This document shows positions 25,086-39,349 of a stretch of DNA of 64,000 bases, piece after piece. Location: positions 19,716,001 through 19,780,000 of the forward strand of contig CM060734.1 of NCBI GenBank assembly GCA_030704615.1. Reading direction: 5' to 3'. Position 1 is the first letter of the stretch. Each line of letters starts with the position of its first letter. The DNA is from Takakia lepidozioides (Eukaryota > Plantae > Bryophyta). A model generated the notes under the pieces. That model worked only from the letters and a program-made list of their open reading frames with translations, did no database searches and was not told the origin of the DNA. The position numbers and the translations under genes were made by a program.

Positions 25086-26139
25086 CCCAATGCTAGATAT
25101 CAGTTCCCAAATAGCTTCATTTTTTATTTATTTTTTCTATGCATCAAGTGGCTGCCTTGCAGTGGCTAGTGCGGGCTGCCTCATCCCTGAGGTTGACCTG
25201 CCAGGCTGCCCATGTCTCACAACCACCATTTCATCCTTCAAAAAACATCTACAAATGACTCTACAAAATCATGAAGCTCCTTCACCAGCCTCACTAGTCC
25301 CACGGCTCTTTGTAGGCCACCTGGAAAACGACGACTAACCTGACCAATGCTTTCTGTTGGCCCGTCAACATCTAAGTAGATGCAAACGGCTCATCGCACT
25401 TAGGTAGTGGTCACAGCAACAGCGTAACTACCTGCATGATGGTATTTTCATCTTTGCGGCTGAAGATGAAGGTCACAAACAGAGATAGAGCCGATAGGCT
25501 TATCGAGCCTCACCACCAGGCACTCTCAAAATGCTGCTCAATGGCTGCTCCACAATACAAACCCGTACTCCAACCGTTTGCCTCTGTTGCAAGTATCCAA
25601 TCGTCCTCATTCCAATACTTGAACTGAATATTTGAAATCGCGCGGGGCAGAAATTCTTTTGGGTATTTGAGATGCGATGGCCACACCACACTGTGTGCAA
25701 AGCTCTACAGTGTGTGGTTTTGAAGCCTTGGACAGCGGAACCATTGAACTTGAACTAAGAAAGTAGCTTACACATACACACCGGCTGTACGAATCTACAG
25801 ACCTGTATAATACAAAGTTATATTATAAAATAGTGCTAAAACAAACATCTTATCTAGCTTAGCATTACAAAACTAGATAGTCATCTCTTTCGAGTGATCT
25901 AAAAACTAAACTCACACTGTCTGATGACACAGAAACACAAAATACGACACAGTCACTCGTTAAAAATAAGAGTCGAGCCAAGGGCACCCCAAGCTATGGG
26001 GACTGTACCCCACAACATTCTACTCTCCCTCCATAAGTACACTCAGATGCTAGCAGCGAGAGAGCTCGGTCGTGCAGGCTCAACTCGAGAGAGATGAGCG
26101 GCACGACTGACGAGCTCGTGAATATCTTTTAAATTTATT

Positions 26140-27210
26140 CAAATATAATTGGGACCATCCATGTTGGCGGTCTCATATAATTTCAGAAGATTTAAAGTAA
26201 CTTGAGACTGTTAGTGCTGGCGGTCCCGTTATAATTAAAAAATATTTAAATTCAGGGCATCGACTAGTCCCGATTCTTAGAAATATATTTAATAAATCGA
26301 GACAGTCAACTCTAGTAGTCTCGAATTATCAAAAACAATATTTACTGAATACAAGTTGCTAGCTCTAACAGTTCCGAATTTGAAAAAATATTTTTAATGA
26401 ATCGGGATCGCTTCATGTGGCAGTTCCAATTTTTAATGAATTATGTAATAAATTTGGGACTACCAGCTTTAGCGGCCCCGAATTTTAAGAAATTAATTAA
26501 TAAATTCAAGACCGCCAGCTTTGGCGGTTCTAGTTTTTAATAAATATTTAATGAAAAATGACCACCAGCTCTTTACGCTCTTGATTTTTTCAAAAATATT
26601 TAATAAAATGGGACCGCCAGCTCCGATGATCCCGATTTTTTTTTATTTATTTAGGATAAAATCGGGTGTGCCAGAGCTAGCGGTCCCAATTTTTTTGTAT
26701 TTTATTTATATATTAAAAACTAGGACCATCAACTTCAGCGTTCCTGATTTTATCTTTTAAAAACCATTAAAAAATAAACAAAAATTAGGACCGTCACCTC
26801 TGGCGGTCCCAATTTTATCCAGAGTAATAAGTTCTAAATAATAATATTAAAAAAATTGGGACACAAGCTGTAACGGTCCTGATTTTATCTCAAGAAAATA
26901 AAAATAAAAATAAAAATTGGGACTGCCAAAGCTGACGATCCCGTTTTATTATATATTCTTTTAAAAATTGGGACCGCCAAAGTTGGTGGTCCCAAATTCA
27001 TTAAATAATTTTTTGAAATCGGAACCATCAGAATTGGCGGTTCCGATTTATCAAATATTTTCTTGAACAGTTTGGACCGATATCTTTTCAGAAATCGGGA
27101 CCGCCTCATCTGGCGATCCCTATTTATAAAATATTTTGCTAAAAATTGGGACCGCCTAAGCTGGCAGTCCCGATTTATTAAATATTAATTTTTAAATTTG
27201 GAACCGTTAT
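26140..27210. repeat. Array of imperfect palindromes GGGACCGCCA-n-TGGCGGTCCC with AT-rich spacers (DNA-transposon subterminal-type repeats)
   Basis: About 20 degenerate copies at ~45-60 bp spacing, e.g. GGGACCGCCAAAGTTGGTGGTCCC at ~26970. Confidence 0.85.
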
Positions 27211-28454
27211 ATGCGTATATAGGTACAGTTTTATTTCTTCATACAATATTTTTATGGGTTTTTAGTCTTGTAATTGTCTTCCAAGTCTTAATTTGTTGAG
27301 AATGGAATCTAAACTCTTTTTTGTCGGTAGGATTTAGATATTGTATGTATCCGCCACTAGCGCATCATAGAGGCCAAATGTACTTGATAGTACTATAGGG
27401 ATGACGGAGGCATTCCTCAATCTCCAAGTAATCTTCTAATGCACAACCAAACAACATCAATAAGACATTTGTGACCCAGAAATATGGTGGCTTCATCGAA
27501 TAATTTTCGGATAATAGGAAGCGGATAATGGAAATTAAGGTCGTCATCGACGATTCGGCACAAGAGACAACACCCCAAGTATGCTACCTGCCAAACAAGA
27601 TAAGTCTCTAGTGATGATTGCACATTTAGATACCCCAAGAACGGGGGTTGACAACACCCAAGCCAACGCGTGAAGAATGAAGAAATTAGCGCCGTAAGAG
27701 CTTTCTTCCCCCAACGGCTCTACCTTGGCCGAGATCCAATATCCCATATATTCTTCGGTGACGTCAAGGATACAACTTCGCATCAACCTACAAATGACAA
27801 CTGAATCTTCCGTGTGTACTTTGTCGGATTGAGTCCCCGAAATGACGCGGTAAAGGCCGGTAACACGTGCCTCAAATGTAAGAGCGAAGCGATGAGCTTC
27901 CATCTGGGTGGCCATACTGCATCTCCATAAGTGTCATGGCGTTAGTAACCCAAGAAAAATTTAACAAAAACCTACCATGCAAGGGGGTTTCAGTCCTTAC
28001 TAGCATGTGGCTCTTGAATCTCAGTAGAATGGATTTGACTCATAAACAAAATGTAAAGCAAAGCATAAAAAAGACGAGGATGAGAACAAATAACATTACT
28101 TCATGCATAAAAATGTCGGAAGATCATAACTATTTACTCACCTCCCGCCAGACACACCATTTATATGATGAGCCCTTGACGCAGGTGGCAGGGGTGACGA
28201 CATAATTAGCTAAGGGGGTCGTGGTAAGTCGCAGTATGGGTTTGGCTCGAGGAAGCGTCCACCCGGCTGTGGTTAGTGCAGGGGATCAAGGTTTTACACC
28301 AGCATTATCAACAATTGTTAGAGGGCTGTTTGGGACTTAGACGCTTTTACGGGTTCTGTGGGGTACCCTTAATTTTTGCGCAGACTTACGGATGGTAGAC
28401 TGAGACCAACAGGAGCCTTAGGGGTGACAGGCGCATGCTTTAGAGGGGGGTAGA

Positions 28455-28650
28455 CAGCCCGACACAGTCTATCACGGCCAGACACAGTCTGACACAGCCC
28501 GACATGTCACAGCAGGCCACACAGCACAGCCACAGTCATCACAGCCAGACACAGTTTGACACAGCTCGACACAGCTTCGCACAGCCAGTCACAACCCGAC
28601 ACAGCTTTACACAGCCAGTCACAGCTCGGCACAGCCTGTCACAGCGTACA
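28455..28650 (+). repeat. CACAGC-rich short tandem repeat (related tract at ~35960-36080)
   Basis: Repeated (A/T)CACAGC(C/T) units at both positions in the same orientation. Confidence 0.8.
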
Positions 28651-29147
28651 TGAGGAACGGTTATCATTGACAGGGAACGACTGTGTGGAAACGACATCTG
28701 CAGAGGGAACGTGTTACTTCAGGGGTGACGGTTAGTTAGTTAGGTGGTTAGAACAGCTTGCGGGTAGATTAGGCAGGGTGACAACATGAAGGGGATCACT
28801 GGGTCAGGGGAGGAGGAGACGAAACGGAGAGCGGAAACAGTGAAGATGAGATGATGACTTGATTGAGGCTTAATTCATGTAAGCTGTAGAATCATACAGT
28901 AGGGTAGATTGGGGACACCATGGCATAGGCCTGATACTTGATTAATCTTAATCTGATACTTATTCGATACAATCATACTGTGTAGAGAGACATGAGAGAA
29001 GTTGTGGAACGAATGCATGATTAATTGGAACTTAGTAGATACTGAAGCAATCTGATGCTTCAGTATACACTGTAAGATAAATTGATAACATGAAGGCAAG
29101 AAGGAATACAAATAGGAAGTACAACCATGATTCACTAACTGTAGGTC

Positions 29148-29741
29148 ATGACTGATTGTTCTGAGCAGACTGAGTGCTTAGAGATATCCAACTCTTCTAT
29201 CTTGGAGTTTCCACCTCGGATAGCAAAGGGATGGGTGAGTAAAAGCCGCTCGACATTTGGCGACCATACTGGGGATCTGGGTCATGAACAACCAGATGTG
29301 ACAGGCATCTGGTGGGATCATGGTGGTTGGAGAATTAAAGAATTTGATGTGAATCAAATTCCCTGTGGAACTGAGAATGAAAGATTGTCCAAACAATTCT
29401 TTCAGAGGTTCTTGGAATTGCCAGACAGTTGTAAAGAAAACATTCTTAAGAGAGTACATGATGCTGATCCTGAGTGGGGTCTGGAGAAAGGAGTGATAAA
29501 GATTTATCAAGTGGCCTGTAGAGGAAGAGCACGGTGGTTACCAACACTGGTTTATGTGATAGCATTGCTATCCATAAAGCGAGTAGAGTTTGAAGGGTGG
29601 GAGGAAAGGAAAGTGAATGTTTATACTCATATGCATGAAGAGCTTGTACTGGTAAAGAATTGGATTCCTAAGATATTCTGTGGATCAAACTCACACCAAG
29701 AACAGCTTTTCAGACTTGTTTGCCATATGGTTATATGGTAA
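29148..29741 (+). CDS. Upstream accessory ORF (197 aa) of the Gypsy element, unknown function
   Basis: Open, protein-like composition. Contains the weak F-box-like segment FLELPDSCKENILKRV. Confidence 0.4.
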   Translation: MTDCSEQTECLEISNSSILEFPPRIAKGWVSKSRSTFGDHTGDLGHEQPDVTGIWWDHGGWRIKEFDVNQIPCGTENERLSKQFFQRFLELPDSCKENILKRVHDADPEWGLEKGVIKIYQVACRGRARWLPTLVYVIALLSIKRVEFEGWEERKVNVYTHMHEELVLVKNWIPKIFCGSNSHQEQLFRLVCHMVIW

Positions 29742-30499
29742 CGGAGACTTCTAGTATAGCCAGGGGTGCATTGAAGCTTGAAAGAAATCCAGGCATATAC
29801 GAGAGATACTACAGGAGAGAGTTTTGGTTATTGCCTCATTGAAGATATGAAAGACATGAGACATGAGTGATGAAAGAGAAGCTAGACTCCAGAGATATTC
29901 AGCAAAGAGGGAAAGTTATCTGAAAGATAATTATTCATATCTTTGGGAGAAAAGAATAAACATAGGGGAATCATCTGGACCTCTCACACCATTAAGATCA
30001 TAAAGTACATCACCCATACCGGAAGAACTAGAGTTGGATGCTACTCCTTCTTATTCTTTGCCAGAAAGATTAAGGGAATTGGTACAGGAAGAAGATCAAC
30101 CACGAGGTGAAAGATCTGAGGTACATCCTGGATAAAAGATTTGACAAAAATCTTTGATAAGAGTTGGCATGGAACACCAAAAGCAGGAACTCCAGTTTCT
30201 GAAACGGAAGATGAAGAAGGAGGAGAGGATGTGGCAGAGCCAACGGAGAGTTCAGGCTCTCCAACACCAATGCAATTGAGTTACATGAGTGAAGAAGAAA
30301 AAACAGAACTTGGAAGATGAAAATAGAGAGAAGAAATTGGAAGTAGAAGAGTATGAAGAAGGAGACCCAACAGCTGAGGTTGAGACTACAACCAGGACAT
30401 CCCAACCTGTTGGACTTGGATCAAGTGGAGCACTTGGATCACAGGCCAACAAAGGTGTCGGCTCAGGGGGATCAGGCGGGCAGCCTGGATCTGGCTCTG

Positions 30500-33400
30500 G
30501 GGGACAAGGAGTGTGGGAAGTAGTGCAACTGGAGCTGGGAATACTGTGAATATAGTGGGGCCAGAAGCAGGGAGTGCTCAGGGGCCAGCACTTGGTGGAA
30601 GTTCCACCACAACTACAACAGGTCCTCAAGGACCAGCACCAGGAGGGGGGCCAGCACCTGTCAGTGGGCAGGGGGTAGGGCCACAGATGGCGTTACAACC
30701 AACACGGGCAAAACCACATTTTCCAATATATTCAGGGAAAAGGGGATCCTGATGTACACATTAGCCAATCTGAGCATATGTGTATTGTGAACAATGAGAA
30801 TGGTGATGATGCCAAATGAGACTGTTTCCTTGTTCACTTATAAGAAAGCAAGTGAATGGTATGCAAGATTCCCTGATAATCATTTCCTAACCTGGAATGG
30901 CTTAGTACAGCATTCCGAAATAGGTTCAGGACAAGCAAAACTGAGGATGAAGTGTATGGAAGTTTACAACAGTTAAAGCAAAAGAAGCATGAAACTGTTG
31001 AGGAGTACATGGAAAAGATGGAATTGATGATGAAAAGCTGGCTGTTGTACCAGCACCAGGGTTACAGAAGACCTGGTTTGTGAGTGGACTAAGACCAGAG
31101 TTGCAAAAGAAAGTGGATATGCTACCCCATAATACAGTGGAGGAGGCATTTGAAACAGCTAACAGAATTGAGCAATTGGGAATGCTCAGGAGAGAGAAAA
31201 GGGATGATGAGGACTCTGAGGATGAGTCAGATGAGGAAGAAGAGCAAGAGCTCAAGAGGAAGAGTAAGAGAAGGAAAAGTTGAAGAGGGATAACTATGAG
31301 AAAAGATTAGAAGAAATCTTGAAGAAGTATGCCACAGAGGCTGCAACACATTGGAGGAAGGGTGTTTGGTGTGCAAAATGCCAGAATGAAGGCCATACCA
31401 CCACTGAATGCCACATGAAGGAGAAACACTGTACTATCTGTAAAATGGATAACCATTCTACTGAGAATTGTTATTACAACAGAAGGACAGCTGCAAGAGA
31501 ACCTAGGCAAGTAAGGGTGCATCAAGTGCAGCCCCAGCCAAGAAGAAACAATGATCAGGACCACTATGGTAGGCCTGGTGGTTATAACAATGGTATGGAA
31601 GGGAGAGGTAATCCAAGAGGGAATTACCAAGGAATTCCAGAGGCAACTATCAGGGTAATCCAAGGGGGAATTACCAGCCAGGGAATCAGGATTAGAAATA
31701 ATCCCAGCAGACCAAGGGCGAGGACCCAATGGTGAAGAACTGTGTTACTATTGTAATCAGGCAGGACATCGCAAGGCAGCCTGTCCATTCTGGATCAGAC
31801 ACCAGAATGAGATGAGAGCTCCTGTGAATGAGGGCCCAGTGGTGGCAGCTCACATGGTTAGGCCATGTGTTGTACCAGAAGTAAGTACAATGATAGTAAC
31901 CAAAGCAAAGCTAAATAATACCTCCAGTAGATGAGGAAGATGATGATAATGAAGATGGCGTGATGTGCCTGAAGATGATGAGGCTTGGAGAGATGAGAAG
32001 GAACTGCACAAGGAAGTGGCAGATACCATAAGGGAAATGCAGAAGAGTACTGATATCCTATGGCAGATTCCTCTGATTCTGAAAGAGAAGAGGAAGTGAG
32101 TGAGGATGAAGGGAAGAAAGAAGCTGCAGAAATGCAGAGTAATGAAGGGACTTTGGCTGAAGTAATATGCCAGTCCAAAGCGGAGATTACCATTGGACAG
32201 CTATTGGCTGTGGCACCTCATTGTAGGCACAGGCTGTATCAAGCAATCAATCAGATTGCCCATGTGACAGGGAACACAGACCTGAACAGCAAGGTGACCA
32301 GTTATAATGTGAAGCCGGAAGGGCGAAACAGTCATGGACTTTGATGATTCTATGCCAGTAATCCAATTGAGAATTGGAAGCACAGACTTGACTGATGTAC
32401 TGATAGATGGAGGCTCTGGAGTGAATATCATGACAGACCAATTAAGGCAGAAGCTTGGTCTAAGTAACATGAAACCAGCCCCATTCACAGTAACAATGGC
32501 AGATCAAAGAAGTGTTCAGCCATTGGTTGATAAGAGGAGTTAAGATACAGATTCAAAAGATGATCTTTAAGATCACAGTGACTGTGTTGAAAATGGATGA
32601 TGTCATGGAAGCTTACTCCTTATTGCTGGGTCGACCATGGCTGAAACAGGCCAGGGTATTCCATGACTGGAATTCCCAGTTACTAACTGTGCATGATGGG
32701 AAGCACAAGATACAAATCACCACTAAGAAATCTAGTAGACTACCTGCTACGAGAAGACCTCGAGGGGTCAGAGAGTATGACTGGAGGGGAGGACTTGATG
32801 AGGAGCAGGAAGCTACCCTGTTCGCTGCACACCCAGAGTGGGAGCAGGTTGCAGAATGCAACTGGAAGGCCTAAGTTGTTTAAAAGGTATCTGCTGTGGT
32901 GTAGTAACAGCAACACCAATTGAGGGAAACAAGCAGTTACCCACCACATTTCTATGAAGAAAGAGAGGGAGAAATGGAAATCCTAGAAGAACAGCCACTG
33001 TGAGTTTACAGGATGAAGTAGTGACTGGTTGGACAATCACAGCTGATGAGCAGGTGAGAGAAGTGAATGTGGGAACTGAGGAGGAACCGAGAATGGTGAA
33101 AGTAGGGGCTGATTGGAGCCAGAATTCTTTGAGGAAGCTAAGAGTCTGTTCATCAAATACAGAGATGTATTTGCTTGGAGCTATGAGGATCTGAAAGGGA
33201 TACCACCTGAGATCTGTCAGCATAAGATTGAACTGGAACCAGGGTCAGTACCAATCAAACAGGCAAGGTACAGAATGAATCCCAACTATGCACAGAAGGT
33301 TGGGGAAGAGATCAAGAAGTTGGCTGAGGCTAAGTTTATATACCCGATAGAGTATACAACGGTTGTCACCCATTGTGATAGTTCCCAAGAAGAATGGTAA

Positions 33401-35830
33401 ACTGAGAGTTTGTGTGAACTATAAGAAGTTGAATGCTTGTACAAAGAAAGATCCTTTCCTTTGCCATTCACAGAAGCGGTACTGGACACTGTGGCAGGCC
33501 ATGAGATGTACTCATTCATGGATGGCTTCAGTGGTTATAACCAAGTGCAAGTGGCAGAAGAAGACCAGGGAAAGACAGCTTTCATCACAGACTGGGGTGC
33601 TTATGCATACAAAGTCATGCCTTTTGGACTTTGTAATGCACCAGCAACTTTCAGAGAGTGATAGTGAATCTTTCATGAGTATCTGGATGATTTCATGCAG
33701 GTGTTCTTGGATGATTTCAGTGTGTACAGCTCTAAGAATGAGCACTTGCATAAATTGGAGTTATGTTTGGCCAGATGCAGGATGAGAGGTCTGGGCCTGA
33801 ATCCAGAGAAGTGTACTTTCTGTGTGAACTCAGGGGTACTTTTGGGACACATTGTGTGTAAGAGGGGACTTCTTGTGGATCCCAGAAAGACAGAGGCCAT
33901 TAAAGCCTCTCCACCACCAGTAAATGTTAAGAGTCTAAGGAGATTCCTTGGACAAACCAGTTATTACAAAGATTTGTCAGACGGTATGCACAGATAGCAG
34001 CACCATTGAGCAAGCTTTTGAAGAAAGATGCAGTGTTTGCATGGACAGCTGAATGTCAACAGGCTTTTGAGGAACTTACATTGTCAGTAACAACTACACC
34101 TGTGCTGATTAACCCCACTGGCATGTAGTATTTCATGTTCACTGTGATGCCTCAGGAGAAGCATTGGGAGCAGTGTTAGCCCAAAATGTTACAGGAAACA
34201 TAGATTCACCTGTGTACTATGCTAGCAGGTTGATGAACAGTGCTGAAAGGAACTATAGCACAACTGAAAGAGAAGCATTGGCAATGATTTATGCAGTCAA
34301 GAAATTCAGGCATTACCTATTGGGAAGGAAGTTTATGTTTTGTGGATCATCAGGCTCTGATTTATCTGGTGAACAAGCCTTTGATAAGTGGAAGGATAGC
34401 AAGGTGGTTAATAATCTTGCACGAGTTTGAGTTCGAAGTTGTTTACAAGCCTGGCCGTTTGCATCTTGTGGCAGATCACTTGTCACGCCTACACAGGAGA
34501 GCCCGCCACAGGAGTACGACCAACTACCTGATGCGAGTTTATTTGCAGTGGAGGTGCAGGGAAGTGCAGATGATGGTTAGATTGGCAGTGGCCAATCAGA
34601 TACTACCTTACTCATGGTCAGTGCCCACCTAGTTATGGGAAGGAGCAGAGGAAGAGAATCTATCAAGGCTTTACCTTACACTATGATAGGGGCAGAATGT
34701 ATAAGCTAGGACCTGATGGAGTACTTAAACGATGCTTGTACCACCATGAAGTAAATAAAGTTTTGGAGGAAGTTCATAAAGGAGTGGCTGGAGGTCATTT
34801 TGGAGAAGAGACTACCAGTAGAAAGATACTACTTGCAGGTTACTGGTGGCCTACTTTGTTCAAGGATGTACACAAGTATTGCAAGAGTTGTGATGAGTGT
34901 CAGAGGCTAGGACCATTGCAGAGATCTGGGAAGATGGCTTTGCATCCTACGATGCCTACTGAACCATTTCAGAAATGGGGACTAGACTTTGTTGGACCAA
35001 TTAACCCACCAGCCAGAAATACACAGAACAAGTATATAATCAGCCACTGATTATACTACAAAGTGGGTGGAAGCTAAAGCTCTGAGGGACAACACAGCTA
35101 AGTCCACAGCAAGGTTCCTGTATGAGAACATACTTACAAGATTTGGCTGTCCCCTGGAATTTATCAGTGACCAGGGAAGTCACTTCATTAATGAGACCAT
35201 AGAACTATTGACTAAAGAGTTCATGATTGTGCATAGAAAAAGTACAACCTATTACCCACAGGGTAATGGGCAGGCAGAGGCCACCAACAAAATACTATGT
35301 ACTATCTTGGCTAAGATAGTCAATGCAAACAGAACAGATTGGGATACAAGCTGCTGACAGCTTTGTGGTCATACAGACTTCATATAAAGTCACCACTAAG
35401 TATACACCATTCCAATTAGTTTATGGTATGGAAGCTTTACTTCCAGTGGAATTCTTGTTACCTACCATGAGAACTGAATGGGGAAGGAGAATGGAATTGG
35501 AAGATTCAATTAAGTCAGGAAACATGAATTATACCATGTGGAAGAAGTACGTGCTGATGCAGCAGATAACATGACCAGAATTCAGATGAAGATGAAGGAT
35601 CAGTTTGATGAAGGTAAATTAAAGACTTTTAAGACGAGAGATTTGGTACTGTGGTTGCAGAAGAAGGGAAAGATTAAAGCTTCTAAGCTTAAATCACCAT
35701 GGAAAGGACCTTATGTCATACAGAAGATGTATGATAATAACACCGCCATGTTACAAACCATTAACAAAGAAATGCTGGGAAGAGTCAATGCCAATAAGTT
35801 GAAGGGATACAGTGGTATCCATGACAAACC
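30500..35830 (+). pseudogene. Gypsy gag-pol polyprotein, multiply frameshifted
   Basis: Knuckles CAKCQNEGHTTTEC and CTICKMDNHSTENC; protease VLIDGGSGVN; RT MDGFSGYNQ, VMPFGLCNAPATF, VFLDDF; RNase H ERNYSTTEREALA; integrase HKGVAGGH...CDEC, WGLDFVGP, ISDQGSHF, YYPQGNGQAE; WKGPY. Confidence 0.92.
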
Positions 35831-36860
35831 ATTGCAGCACGATTTGCATGTTGAAACACAAAAACAGTCACGGGCTGCACCGGTGATACCAACGGAGTAT
35901 GGAGCACTTGTCGCTAAGCCGAGCGTGTATGACCAGGGCGGGAAGTACATGTGTTCGCATAGCTATCACAGCCCATCACAGTGTGACACAGCTTACCACA
36001 GCCCACCACAGGGTCACACAGCCTATCACAATTCACCACAGTCAGACACAGCCTGTCACAGCCCAACACAGCCCACGCGGGTTACACAGTCCATAGGGTC
36101 AGTGACAGGTGGACGCGGGTTAACGTCAGAAAATGGGCCGTCAAGTGAAAAAGAAGTTTGGAAGTCAAACTCGGAGAATGTGCCACGCGGACAGGGGAAG
36201 TCGGATGCATGTCTAAAATCGAACACGTGGCCACTAGGGCGAAACACACCGCAGCGCATATATTGCAAAAGTGAGTATCATCATGCAAGAGGACAAACCG
36301 GGCCGTCAAAGTACCTACCCGGTACATCAGCCAAAACTATTTGTGGGCCCATTAATGCATTCAGGGTAGGGGTAACGGAACCCTTTTCGAGTACAAAAAA
36401 GAGGGACTTTTACCACATGTGCTGTCCTACTGGACATTCCAGGTGGGAATGTCCACGGAGGGGGGTAGAATTAAAAAATTACCTAAGCCGGCAACAGCCA
36501 ATCAGGAGCGAGAATTTCATGCAGGTGGTTCCCTCCAAGAAACAAGAACAAGAAAATGGAAGAGTTATGAGCGGAAGAGTCGGGGTGGCTCCGAATAGCC
36601 CGTGTCTCGACGGGAGGGGCAATCAAAGCTATAACTTTGTAGCTATGGCGGATATAACGGATTACATGCTCGCTTTACTTCTCACGCAGTGGCGCAAGGA
36701 CAAACGAATTGAGAGTACATTCTCTCTCACTCGATACTTGCAAGCCCCACAGGCTTACACGCTCTTACCTGTTCCATTCTGTGCCAACCATACCTTTATG
36801 CTCTATGCCCTGCAAGCTTTCCTACAGCTGTTTCAAACAAGGCCTTTTTGTTTGTCTAGA

Positions 36861-39176
36861 ATGAAGAGAGTGAGGGGAATAGAGGATATCAGGGTGAAGA
36901 GCACCACGATTCTACAGAAGCAAACAATTGCTACATCGCAGGCAGTGCAGCTGCTGAGGGAGTTGCGATTGGAGGGGCTGCTACGCAAGGACTGGTCCTT
37001 GCATCATCGGCAGTATATGATTCAATTTCTTCATAACTTTGAGCCTAGGATGGGAGTAACCCAGGTGAGGGGAGTAGATATAGAAATTACTCCCCAGTAC
37101 TTGCAGCAATTGTTCGAATTGCCATCGGGTCATGTGGATGTGGATGAGCACAGGGCAAGATTGCAGATAGGGAATTTGTTCCAAGAAGGGAGTTTCTTTA
37201 AGACTCAAGGTTACAATTGCACCAAAGCCGAGTACCCAGGGCTCAGAGAAGTTGGCCAAATCTTGAACGTTCTGTTTGCCATGAAACAGAACAAACATTA
37301 TTTGAGCAGGTCATTCACAGAGGAGATACTGAAAGCCTTGAGGGGAGAGGATGTAGCTTGGGTAGAGTTAATGTACAATGGTCTAGTGGAAGAGATGAAG
37401 AGGTTACAGGGCACTGTTGCTAAGTCTCCGATCATCGTGTCTGGCCCAGTCATTGCTCAGATTATTCTTGACTCTTGCATACTTGATGCGCGAGAACGTA
37501 AGGAGATGGGAGTGTTTGAGGCAGTAACCACTGCAATGGAGGAGCAGGGTTCTTCACATAGTGAAGGTAGACTGGTAGGGCAACACCAGTCTAAGAGATA
37601 GAAGCGGGGTATAACTGTAGTGGCGGATCCACTGGCTTCAAGGAAACCGCAAGATGATGTTTCCCAAGCTCTTGTGCAGGAGGGGGCACAATAGCACAAA
37701 GGGTTGTTATTACTAGAAGCACGACCTTTGGAGAGGGAAGAAGAAGTCACTTCGACACCACAGCCATCATAGCCAGTTGAATCAGTTGTTTCAGAGGTTC
37801 TTCAGTTAGTACATGCTGTGCCACCAGAGCCTATTGCTCTGGAAGGAGAAGGGTTGGACATTCCCACTACAGAGCAGGTCGTGGCAAAAATTGAGAAGGG
37901 TGACCTTCTCTATGAAAACTCTGGCTTGGTCAGGGAATCAGTGGTACCAGAGGTGCAGAGTCTGTCCAGGGAAATCCCTGCTGAGCATGTAATATCCAAA
38001 CCTGTGACGGAGGTACCAGGGGTAGAATGCAAGGACACTGCAGCACCTGTGGAGGAAGAGGTCGTTCAGAAAGAAGATATGGTGGGACAATGGCTTGAAT
38101 GGTTGGTGCAACATCACATTGTGGAGGATCAGGGAGAACAGCAACAAGTTCACCATGAAGACCCACAACAGGCCATGCTTATGAGTTCCATAAGCAGGAC
38201 ACTCAATTTGTTGGGTACTTATGTGAAATCCCATGTTCCATCTACACAATTGGCAGCTTTGAGGGAGGAACTCAAGAAGGAGTTTGAGACTAGACTTGCC
38301 ACCGAGTGTGCAAACAAGGTAGATGTGGAGGCCAACCTCAAGTTGCAAAAAGAATTGGAGGACACAAAGGCTGTCTTGCAGTTGGCTAAGGGAAATTTGA
38401 TTGAAGCAGGTCTCAAGCAGGACCAGTTGCATGAAGCACATAAGCAATAGTTATACCAATTGAAGGTGAAGCATAAGGACAAGTTGCAAGAAGTGAACGT
38501 ACTACATACAGAGTTGGAGGCAGTTCATCAGAGGATGACCATATAATGTGCCACACTAACAACTGCTCTAGAGCAAACTGCATTAGAAGTTAACAAACAA
38601 GGAGAGAGATGTATGATGGTAGACGCTGAGATAATAGAGCAAAGGAAACTCATTGTTGATTTGAAGGCTACAATCTGTCGCAATGAGAATACTTTCCAAC
38701 AGTACAGACAGGTTGAGGCTGACCAGGAGAGGTACATCCTGGAGTTGCATCAAACACTTATGGTCAATAAAAATGAACTCTCTGTGGCTAACAAGGCTTG
38801 GAAGGAAGCCAATAATCTGAATGCTGCCTATGCGGGCCTGGTTGAACCTCATGCGAAGCGCATGGAGGCTTTACAACAATAATTAGATATGTACAGACTC
38901 AAGGAGGAGCAGACTCTCAGGGGTTCCACACAGGTCTCGGTGGATAATCACCTTATGCAAGTATGGTTAGCACAAGGGCCGATAGAAGGCAAAGCACCAA
39001 GGAAGCTCACTCAGGGCGAGATGAATGATCTCAGATTGCAGGTGCAGAACATTGCCACAATTACTATAGACAATGTCTATAGTAGGATAGCGGAGTTACA
39101 GGAGGATGTGGTAGGCCTGCAGACTCAAGTGGATGACCTGAGTTCAAATATTGACAAGAGAATGCAGCAGCTTTAA
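36861..39176 (+). pseudogene. Extra 3' ORF of the Gypsy element: plant-retrotransposon accessory domain followed by coiled coil, with in-frame stops
   Basis: MIQFLHNF...TQVRGVDIEITPQYLQQLFELP resembles the Athila/Tat accessory (Transposase_32-like) pattern. Downstream E/Q/L-rich heptads at 37818-39176. Confidence 0.6.
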
Positions 39177-39349
39177 TTATTGAATTAATTACCAACGAAC
39201 AGCTAGATGTAGTAAAGACCGTGCACAACATCGTGTGGATTGAAGATTATCCCCACGAGGCTCTACGAGGTGTGCGTCACATCACCACAAAAACTATATT
39301 TTTATAAAATTTTAACTTTTATATTTGATTTTTTTAAAATTATCTAATA

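Larger units (their letters stand above)
28190..39280 (+). mobile_element. Non-chromoviral Ty3/Gypsy element (Athila/Tat-like organisation) with extra ORFs; LTR limits not resolved
   Basis: gag-PR-RT-RH-INT order at ~30500-35830, plus an upstream ORF and a long downstream ORF. Boundaries approximate. Confidence 0.75.

Noticed and set aside
35538-37601. Single 687-aa gene
   Set aside because: It joins the integrase C-terminus, a translated repeat and spacer, and the start of the extra ORF; probably a fortuitous read-through.
28170-39290. Paired LTRs, PBS and TSD for the plus-strand Gypsy element
   Set aside because: No convincing direct repeat or primer site was found by eye.
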